Part shown: piece after piece, positions 16,121 to 22,921 of the stretch
Layout of the letters: each line of letters begins with the position of its first letter
Numbering within the stretch: the first letter of the stretch is position 1
Origin: Candidatus Saccharimonadota bacterium
Lineage (GTDB): Bacteria > Patescibacteriota > Saccharimonadia > Saccharimonadales > UBA4665
Assembly: GCA_963718045.1 (NCBI GenBank)
Contig: OY970350.1
Span: forward strand, 630,001 to 662,000
Length of the DNA stretch: 32,000 nucleotides
Direction: 5' to 3'
Made by a program: the position numbers and the translations under genes
The notes under the pieces: model-generated
What the model was told of the DNA's origin: nothing
Databases searched by the model: none
What the model saw: only the letters and a program-made list of their open reading frames with translations

Positions 16121-17403
16121 TATCCGCTCGGTTGGGTGTTAAACTGCCCTATCAACGAATAGATTGGCAAAAAGACAGCCAGAGCCACAAATAGTACTGC
16201 TACAGCAATTACAATCAGTACCACCGGTTCTAGTAAGGTCTCCAGATTCTTAGCCGTTATATCGGCTTTTTCCTGATAATTATCGCCAATTTTAAGCAGG
16301 CTTTTATCTAAGTTACCGGATTTTTCAGCGCTAATTATTATCTGGCAGACTGTTCCAGATAATAACTTCCGATTTTCAGGTCTTTGCAGAATTCTGGTAA
16401 AAGAACTGCCTTCGTCTACTTCATCATAAAGTTTGCTTGAAAACATCTTGTAGCGAGCGGTAGACATTGAGCTGACTAAAGATTGAAGAGCAGTAATTAC
16501 CGGCAAACCGGCTTCCAGCATTGAACCCAATATGAATCCGAACCTGGCAACTTCGGTCTGGAAGAGCAAAGTTTTAATTCCAGGTAAGTGAAAGATTATG
16601 ACTTCACTGGCTGCTCTTACCTTCTGATTTAGTTTAACGGCCACGTATAAAGCGGCCACAAGTAGCACAATCAGTCCTGCCAGCAGCAGTCCGTAGTGGC
16701 CGAAAAACCTGCCGAATATCATTAGGCCATCGGTAATTGGGCCAACCTTTTCATGAAGCGATTGAATAACTGTCATTAATTTTGGTAAAAGAAACACACC
16801 GATTCCGGTACCTACTACAAATAGCAGGCTGACTAAAACTGACGGATAGAGCATGGCCGATCTAATTCGGGCGCTCATTTCGTTATTTTTATGCATTTGC
16901 ACAGCAACAACCTTAAGATTTTGCGGTAAGCGGCCGGTTGATTCACCAACCTCGATTAAAGTTACCACTGACGGATTAAACAGGCCGGTTTGGGCAATGG
17001 CCTCTGAAAACGGCACTCCGTCATCAACTTCAGTCCTTACCTTTAGAAGCGCTTTTTTAACAGATTTACGAGTTATTTCGGCAGTGATGGATTCCAAAGC
17101 TTCGCCAATGCTGACACCGGCTGGTAAGAGCATGCTAAGACCGTCCATAAAGTACTCGGCAGTATCCCGGTCAATGCCGCCAAATATCTTTTGTTTGGGC
17201 CTAGGTTTGGTTTTTTTTGGTGGGGGCGGTTTATCTAGTAGTTCGGGATTAGATTGTGAATTTTCAGTGCTTAGCTTAATGGCTGGTAAACCGGTGTTAG
17301 CCTGGGGCGTGCTTACTGGCTGCTTTGGTGTAATAGGCGGATTGACTATAGCCTGTGTGCTGCCTCTTGAAGGCAAATTGTCTGTTGTCTTATTGTTTTC
17401 CAA
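16120..17403 (-). CDS. pilC: Type IV pilus platform protein PilC (GspF family)
   Basis: There are two GspF-type repeats (LSMLLPAGVSIGEALESI and LGSMLEAGLPVITALQSL) and three TM helices. TTG start lies 3 nt after the pilB stop. A ~75-aa Pro/Lys-rich N-terminal extension (KPPPPKKTKPRPKQK) makes the start uncertain. Confidence 0.85.
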   Translation of the reverse strand: MENNKTTDNLPSRGSTQAIVNPPITPKQPVSTPQANTGLPAIKLSTENSQSNPELLDKPPPPKKTKPRPKQKIFGGIDRDTAEYFMDGLSMLLPAGVSIGEALESITAEITRKSVKKALLKVRTEVDDGVPFSEAIAQTGLFNPSVVTLIEVGESTGRLPQNLKVVAVQMHKNNEMSARIRSAMLYPSVLVSLLFVVGTGIGVFLLPKLMTVIQSLHEKVGPITDGLMIFGRFFGHYGLLLAGLIVLLVAALYVAVKLNQKVRAASEVIIFHLPGIKTLLFQTEVARFGFILGSMLEAGLPVITALQSLVSSMSTARYKMFSSKLYDEVDEGSSFTRILQRPENRKLLSGTVCQIIISAEKSGNLDKSLLKIGDNYQEKADITAKNLETLLEPVVLIVIAVAVLFVALAVFLPIYSLIGQFNTQPSG

Positions 17404-17406
17404 GGT

Positions 17407-19110
17407 TTATTTGGGCTCCGCTACCCGTTGAAGTTCTTCTAAGGTAGTAACACCTGATTCGACCTTATCGATACCGTCAGAGAACATATTGTGATCACCT
17501 TGAGCCCTGGACAGCTGTTCGATCTGATTAGTTGATGGGTTAGTTAAGATCAGTTCCTTCATTTGGGGCGTAATGTTTACCAGCTCGAAGATAGCAGTAC
17601 GTCCGTGGTAGCCGGTAAAGTTGCAGCCTTCGCATCCCTGGCCGCGGTAGAGAGTGACATTTGGTCCCTTAAAGTATTTCTCAGGATCGGGCAGCGTTCT
17701 TCCAATTTGATCAAGCGGTACGATAAAACTTGCCCGGCAAGCTTCATGGATCATCCGGACTAATCTTTGGGCGATAACCAGATTTAAGGTGCTGGCCAGC
17801 AAAAAGGGTTCAACTCCCATATCCAGCAGTCTGGGAATAGCCGAAGCGGCGTCATTGGCGTGGAGCGTTGAAAACAGCAGGTGACCGGTTAGGGCAGCAT
17901 TAACTGCCAGCTCGGCAGTCTCGTTATCTCTTATTTCACCGACTAGTATAACGTCCGGGTCTTGGCGGACCATTGATTTAAGCCCTTCTGAAAACGTTAA
18001 CTTAGTTTGAACGTTAACCTGAATCTGGTTGACGCCCAAGATCTTATATTCGACTGGATCTTCGATGGTCGTGACGTTAATTTCGGGATTGTTAATGAGC
18101 TTTAGAAGAGAGTAAAGAGTGGTTGTCTTGCCGGAGCCGGTCGGTCCGGTAGTGATTATCATGCCGTAAGGACGGTGAATCTGGTGGTCGAAAATCTGAC
18201 GGTCGCGGGCAGACAGGCCAAGACTTTTAACGTTTAAACCTCTTGAGTATTCGGCCAGCAAGCGCAGGGCTACTTTTTCACCGTCAAGTGTTGGTATGAT
18301 CGATATTCTGACGTTGACCGGTTTGCCGTCAACATCGTATCTAATGGCTCCATCCTGGCTCATATTGTGTTCGTCTATCCGCATATGAGCCTGGACTTTT
18401 AAGCGATTTAAGATGGTCTCATAATACTGTTTTTGGAGCTGGCCGGCTTCATGAAGCAGTCCGTCAATACGAAAACGGATTAACACTAAGTCTTCCATCG
18501 GTTCAAAGTGGATGTCTGAAACTTTGTAAGCTGTAGCGTCCTTGATAATTTCGTCAATAATTTCTGGAGCAACCCGATCTTGTTCTTGGATTATCTGGTT
18601 AAAGCGAGTGGCTAGCGGTTTACGGTAGTGGACCAGCGATTCATTTAAATCATCGGGCAGGGCATAACTGATACGCACTTCGTGGCCTGGAAAGATTTTG
18701 GCTAGAGCCTCATTCAGGCCGGCTTTTTTAGGGTTATCTGTAGCAACAGTGATCTGATTATCATTTATTTTATAGACAACTACCCTGAACTCCTGGCCGA
18801 TGTCGGGAGGGATCATATTAATATGCTCTTTGCTCGGCTGATAGATACCCAGATCGGCTGATTCTACTCCGTAATACTGAGCCAAAGCGTGTCCCAGCAT
18901 GTCGTAAGCAACAATGTTTTGATTGAGCAGATAATCGAATAGACTGATGTGATGAGAGGCTATGTAGTTTTCGGCTTTTTCGATGCCCTTTTGGTCTAGA
19001 AACTGACCATTAAGCAAGATTGTCTTTAATAATTGCTCATCGTACAATCCGGAATCTTGGGTCGGAGTTGCTGGCTGTGCTGCTTGATTTTGATTTGTTT
19101 GTTCGTCCAT
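17407..19110 (-). CDS. pilB: Type IV pilus assembly ATPase PilB (GspE family)
   Basis: Walker A GPTGSGKTTTLY, Asp box VTTIEDPVEY, Walker B DPDVILVGEIRD, His box GHLLFSTLHAND and CEGC. The track start is TTG 19131; I prefer the first ATG at 19110 (MDEQTN...). Confidence 0.9.
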   Translation of the reverse strand: MDEQTNQNQAAQPATPTQDSGLYDEQLLKTILLNGQFLDQKGIEKAENYIASHHISLFDYLLNQNIVAYDMLGHALAQYYGVESADLGIYQPSKEHINMIPPDIGQEFRVVVYKINDNQITVATDNPKKAGLNEALAKIFPGHEVRISYALPDDLNESLVHYRKPLATRFNQIIQEQDRVAPEIIDEIIKDATAYKVSDIHFEPMEDLVLIRFRIDGLLHEAGQLQKQYYETILNRLKVQAHMRIDEHNMSQDGAIRYDVDGKPVNVRISIIPTLDGEKVALRLLAEYSRGLNVKSLGLSARDRQIFDHQIHRPYGMIITTGPTGSGKTTTLYSLLKLINNPEINVTTIEDPVEYKILGVNQIQVNVQTKLTFSEGLKSMVRQDPDVILVGEIRDNETAELAVNAALTGHLLFSTLHANDAASAIPRLLDMGVEPFLLASTLNLVIAQRLVRMIHEACRASFIVPLDQIGRTLPDPEKYFKGPNVTLYRGQGCEGCNFTGYHGRTAIFELVNITPQMKELILTNPSTNQIEQLSRAQGDHNMFSDGIDKVESGVTTLEELQRVAEPK

Positions 19111-19184
19111 AAACCGGGTTTCTCTTTTCAATATAAAGCTATGCCCATGCTCATGCTTAATATTCTCATCTATCTACTTCTTTT

Positions 19185-19193
19185 ATTATAGCA
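19185..19193 (-). promoter_or_regulatory. Extended -10 promoter element upstream of pilB
   Basis: The minus strand reads TGCTATAAT, a perfect extended -10. A weak TTAAGA lies 18 nt upstream. Confidence 0.45.
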
Positions 19194-19225
19194 AAAACAT
19201 CAATTAATTCTTAAGCTTTAATAAC

Positions 19226-19879
19226 CTAGTTTATAACCTGGATTGTCGATAAGGCAGAATAAAAGTACCCCGCGTCTTGATCAAGCAAGCTCTCAACATC
19301 CGGGCTTAAATTATGCGCACAAGGGCCACTAGGTAAAATATAGGCAATGTAATAGGTTGGCTCTTGCTTAATTAGGCCCTCACTGGAACTGGCGCTGGAC
19401 GGATATTGGCCATCAGCTTTAGTTATGCTATCGAAGGCCCCTTGCCCGCTGGAAGTAGAGCACGTAGATACCTCATTAGTTATAGTGGCCGTCGAAAAGT
19501 TAACAGTAACTGCCCCATTTGATGATGTTGACGAGCTATAGGTAAGATCAGACATAGAACTTGGCAAGGTGATACTTATACCTAACGGCTTTATGTCAAT
19601 CGTAGTTTCATTTGACTGCGTGCTAGTTTGATTGCTGGTGCTAGTAGTACTGGTAGATGTGGATATATTGACCGGTGGTTTCCCTTGAGGCGGAGTGTCA
19701 TTAGGGACTACGGCTTTGGGAGTAGTTTTTGTATCAGAGACAGTCGGGCTGGAATCAATCCTTATATCATTCGCCCATTTTATATATATTACTGTCAGAC
19801 CACAGAAAGCTATAACAACTATCAGCACTAAGACTTCTAGTAAGACGTGTCTATGATTATTTCTTTCAAAGCTAACCAT
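19226..19879 (-). CDS. Hypothetical N-terminally anchored Ser/Thr-rich surface protein
   Basis: It has a single TM helix (VLLEVLVLIVVIAFCGLTVIYI), a Pro-rich spacer, an STSTSTTSTSNQTSTQS linker and a small C-terminal domain. I recognise no family. Confidence 0.45.
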   Translation of the reverse strand: MVSFERNNHRHVLLEVLVLIVVIAFCGLTVIYIKWANDIRIDSSPTVSDTKTTPKAVVPNDTPPQGKPPVNISTSTSTTSTSNQTSTQSNETTIDIKPLGISITLPSSMSDLTYSSSTSSNGAVTVNFSTATITNEVSTCSTSSGQGAFDSITKADGQYPSSASSSEGLIKQEPTYYIAYILPSGPCAHNLSPDVESLLDQDAGYFYSALSTIQVIN

Positions 19880-20059
19880 TTATTTATATTTATACCTGAC
19901 GATAACTATTATAGCTTAAGCTTTGAGTAAATCTTTGTTATTTAAACAGGGATTAGTATTTTAAGACTAAGTTATGGTGAACCTGACTAAAACTTATTGG
20001 AAGGATTGTAGTAGGAATTGTTTGATCGGAAAGATTCGTTTGTTTGATATATTACATAT

Positions 20060-20683
20060 ATGCGAATTTTAGCTTTTGGAGACAGCATTACTTATGGCAC
20101 TGGCGACAGTAAAGGTGGATGGCCGGATAGATTAAAGCAGCAATTAAATGGGGCTAACTTATTGGAAACCTCAAAAAAAGAAGCTGAACATACCGTATTT
20201 AATCTGGGTATACCGGGAGAAACTTCAGTAGGATTATTAAAGCGAATAGAGAATGAATGCCGGGCTAGAGTTAGAAAAATACTGGTCATTACAATATCAA
20301 TTGGGACAAACGATTCGAGAGCCGTAGATGATAAAGAATCATATGAAGTTCCTATAGACTTATACGAATCGAACGTAAGACAGATAATCCAAATTGCTAA
20401 AAAATATTCGGATAGGATACTAATAATCGGTCTGACGCCAATAATTAAAGAGGAGTTAGACTTTAAGAACTATTGGTATTATAACTCAAGGATAAAAGTA
20501 TATAATAGTGCTCTCGAAAGTCTTGCTAAAAACGAAGGCCTACAGTTTGTTGAGATATTTAATACTATGGCTAAGTCCGGGATCGAAGATAAATTAATTG
20601 ATGACGGCCTACATCCAAATGATAAAGGTTACGAGTATATGTTAGAAACAGTCAAGTCATATCTGTTGACAATGCTGCATTAA
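20060..20683 (+). CDS. SGNH/GDSL-family hydrolase
   Basis: Block I FGDSITYG, block III IGTNDS and block V DGLHPN. Confidence 0.8.
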   Translation: MRILAFGDSITYGTGDSKGGWPDRLKQQLNGANLLETSKKEAEHTVFNLGIPGETSVGLLKRIENECRARVRKILVITISIGTNDSRAVDDKESYEVPIDLYESNVRQIIQIAKKYSDRILIIGLTPIIKEELDFKNYWYYNSRIKVYNSALESLAKNEGLQFVEIFNTMAKSGIEDKLIDDGLHPNDKGYEYMLETVKSYLLTMLH

Positions 20684-20776
20684 CCATAAGCGATTTGCTG
20701 ACCCTACGGGGTTCGATTTATAAATAAATTGGCAAGTGAAATTATTAGATGGAATGGGTTACTGCTTAGAGCTAAA

Positions 20777-21574
20777 CTAACTGTGTAAGGATTGAAACTT
20801 GGTTGTATTTACAAGATTAGTGAAACTTGTCGACAAACTGCTGGCATTATAGGCAGTTCCATAGGCTGTGCCCGTTATGCTAACCGTAAAGTCAAAAGTC
20901 AGAGTGACGTCGCTCTCTGAGCCATCTTCAAGAACGTAATAATCGTCTGTTTGGGTACCTGAAGACGCAAGAGGATTTTTGGCAGTTTGAACCACTTGAT
21001 AAGAAAAAGCATTGTATCCATTTATCGTTGTCTTCGAGGGCTTATTCCCATTCGATACCTGAGTTGAGTATTCCTGGTTAAATAGATTTGTAGATGCACT
21101 AGAAGCTGTTGATATCCAGATTGATATCAAATGTGAGTTTGCACCACTCGGAGAATTATTTGGGGTAAAGTATACAAACGGAAATTGACCTGAAGACTCA
21201 TCGGCACCAACGTACTCACCAACATCCCAGGATACTGGATAGTTTAGCGTATAGTAACCGTCGAATGACCAAACTTTTGTAGTCGTTGTACTAGCCGAGC
21301 TACCTGTTGAACTTTTTTCAGCCTGCAAGCCAGCTAGTTGTTTATTGAGACTGGTAATATGAGTATTGGATGAAGATAACTGAGCGGTTAAATTGTTGAC
21401 TTTTTTGTGTTGCCAATAATATACTCCACCGACGCATAAGATAACGATGATGATAAATAATACAAACTTTGTTAGCGAATTCAGCCGACCTTTTTGCGGA
21501 ACCGAAACATGTGGTTCCTGAGGTAGTTGATTGTTGTTTGGTTGTTGGGGCGTAGTTACAATTTGGTCATCCAT
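20777..21574 (-). CDS. Hypothetical N-terminally anchored protein with a short coiled segment and a Ser/Thr-rich linker
   Basis: It has a TM helix (FVLFIIIVILCVGGVYYW), LTAQLSSSNTHITSLNKQLAGLQAEK, and then a ~170-aa domain. I recognise no family. Confidence 0.45.
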   Translation of the reverse strand: MDDQIVTTPQQPNNNQLPQEPHVSVPQKGRLNSLTKFVLFIIIVILCVGGVYYWQHKKVNNLTAQLSSSNTHITSLNKQLAGLQAEKSSTGSSASTTTTKVWSFDGYYTLNYPVSWDVGEYVGADESSGQFPFVYFTPNNSPSGANSHLISIWISTASSASTNLFNQEYSTQVSNGNKPSKTTINGYNAFSYQVVQTAKNPLASSGTQTDDYYVLEDGSESDVTLTFDFTVSITGTAYGTAYNASSLSTSFTNLVNTTKFQSLHS

Positions 21575-21583
21575 GTTGACAAT

Positions 21584-21592
21584 ATTCTATCA
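21584..21592 (-). promoter_or_regulatory. Extended -10 element only 8 nt upstream of the ATG of the 265-aa gene (possible leaderless mRNA)
   Basis: The minus strand reads TGATAGAAT-ATTGTCAA-ATG. There is no SD-like purine run. Confidence 0.3.
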
Positions 21593-21612
21593 TAATTTAA
21601 GCACAAACAATT

Positions 21613-21687
21613 TGGTGATCCCAAGGGGAATCGAACCCCTGTTGTCGGGATGAAAACCCGGTGTCCTAACCGCTAGACGATGGGACC
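21613..21687 (-). tRNA. tRNA-Glu (anticodon UUC), CCA encoded
   Basis: The reverse complement is GGTCCCATCGTCTAGCGGTTAGGACACCGGGTTTTCATCCCGACAACAGGGGTTCGATTCCCCTTGGGATCACCA. It folds as a cloverleaf: a 7-bp acceptor stem with one G-U pair, a D arm GTCT/GGAC, an anticodon loop TTTTCAT and a T arm AGGGG-TTCGATT-CCCCT. It closely resembles E. coli tRNA-Glu. Confidence 0.9.
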
Positions 21688-21709
21688 ATTTAGGCCTGGT
21701 TATCTTAAC

Positions 21710-21715
21710 ATTATA
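21710..21715 (-). promoter_or_regulatory. -10 hexamer (TATAAT) of the likely tRNA-Glu promoter
   Basis: A perfect TATAAT on the minus strand lies 22 nt upstream of the mature tRNA 5' end. Only a weak -35 (TTAAGG) is present. Confidence 0.4.
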
Positions 21716-21726
21716 GAAGTTAAATT

Positions 21727-21762
21727 AAAATCCCCTTAATGCTCTCTCTTAAGGGGATTTTT
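21727..21762 (-). terminator. Intrinsic terminator hairpin downstream of the surface-protein operon
   Basis: AAAATCCCCTTAA-tgctctctc-TTAAGGGGATTTT is a perfect 13-bp stem with a 9-nt loop and A/T runs on both sides, so it is potentially bidirectional. It lies about 105 nt after the stop at 21869. Confidence 0.7.
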
Positions 21763-21868
21763 AGAGCGGTCAGTCATTGCTCTATATAAATTTGAACTTA
21801 TATCCAAATTCTAGCATAAAATGTGTTATTAAGCTAGTGTTTGTCCACAGATTAAATTCAGGGTCTAT

Positions 21869-22891
21869 TTAGAACAGGCTTCGGCCGAGTTTTCGAGCGC
21901 GGTAGAAATAGTGCCCAATCGTACCAAGTACGGTTGCTATACCGGCTACAGCAAAGATGTTACCTGGGCCAGTGTTGACTAGAGAAGTAGGAGTAGTTGG
22001 GGTTGTAGGAGTTACTGGGGGTGTTACTGGAGGAGGAGTTGGGGCAGCAATTGTAATTGCTGCACTACAGTTATTACTAGTTACATTACCTAGGTTGGTT
22101 AAGACAGTAGCAGTAATTGTATAGTTGCCTGGTTTTGGGTATGTGTATGTTACCGGAAAGTCAGTTGACTTATAGATACTTATTGTGCCGTTACCGTAAT
22201 TAATGCTCGTGCCTGAAACTAACGCACTATTTGCTGTGTAGTTAACGCTATTAATTGTTACGTTATCGCCGTTAACAGCAGGTGTGGAGAGTAAATTACA
22301 GGTTGCCGGAACTGGTGCTGGTGGAATGACAGGACAATAAACTTTTGTCTGGAACTGAAGGTATTCGTCAATGGATTCTCCAAGACTGCCGATATCTATA
22401 CCGCCGCCGCTATCAGTGATTGTGTCAGCTAAGGTACCGTTTGCACTGCTGCTAATTACGTTGCCGGCGCTGTTAAGAAGCACGGTACTATCTTTAATGT
22501 AACTCTGAGTTTGAGCGCTAGACAGATTTAATGTAGCCTCAAAGCTGGTTTGAGGAGTTAAACCGTCGGGCGTATAAGCAGTTGCGACTGAATTATAAGT
22601 GGTATATGGGGTAATGGTATTGATGTTTGCTTCTACTTTTACATCATTTATAGAACCCGGACCAGGATTATATAGGTGTAAACGGTACTGCAAAACATCA
22701 CAAACACCAGCCGATTGAGTATTAGCAAAGCCACTGACCTGGGTAACATTAGAAATCTGGTAATTTGAGTTACCGCCTTCAATTTGTCCGGGGAGTTGGT
22801 CAGCAAACGCACTAGCACTCATTAATCCTAGTCCAGCTAGTAATGCTACCATGGCGCTAATGTAAGTCAGTTTTGAAAATATTTTCTTCAT
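21869..22891 (-). CDS. Secreted cell-surface protein with a PKD-like domain and an LPXTG-like (LVNTG) C-terminal sorting signal
   Basis: Strong SD (AAGGAG). Sec signal MKKIFSKLTYISAMVALLAGLGLMSASAFA/DQ. PKD-like block INYGNGT...TYTYPKPGNYTITATV. Pro/Thr linker APTPPPVTPPVTPTTPTTPTS. The C-terminus has LVNTGP, then the hydrophobic helix NIFAVAGIATVLGTIGHYFY, then the basic tail RARKLGRSLF. Confidence 0.7.
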   Translation of the reverse strand: MKKIFSKLTYISAMVALLAGLGLMSASAFADQLPGQIEGGNSNYQISNVTQVSGFANTQSAGVCDVLQYRLHLYNPGPGSINDVKVEANINTITPYTTYNSVATAYTPDGLTPQTSFEATLNLSSAQTQSYIKDSTVLLNSAGNVISSSANGTLADTITDSGGGIDIGSLGESIDEYLQFQTKVYCPVIPPAPVPATCNLLSTPAVNGDNVTINSVNYTANSALVSGTSINYGNGTISIYKSTDFPVTYTYPKPGNYTITATVLTNLGNVTSNNCSAAITIAAPTPPPVTPPVTPTTPTTPTSLVNTGPGNIFAVAGIATVLGTIGHYFYRARKLGRSLF

Positions 22892-22921
22892 ATAAATCTC
22901 CTTAGATTGACACCCTTATGG

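Noticed and set aside
16853-17431. 192-aa plus-strand ORF
   Set aside because: It is antisense to pilC and to the pilB 3' end. Its Gly/Ser/Leu-rich sequence mirrors the Pro/Lys-rich pilC extension. It is a shadow ORF.
20700-20714. GACCC-UACG-GGGUU hairpin after the SGNH hydrolase gene, considered as a terminator
   Set aside because: The stem has 4-5 bp including a G-U pair and is followed by only a patchy T-run. Support is insufficient.
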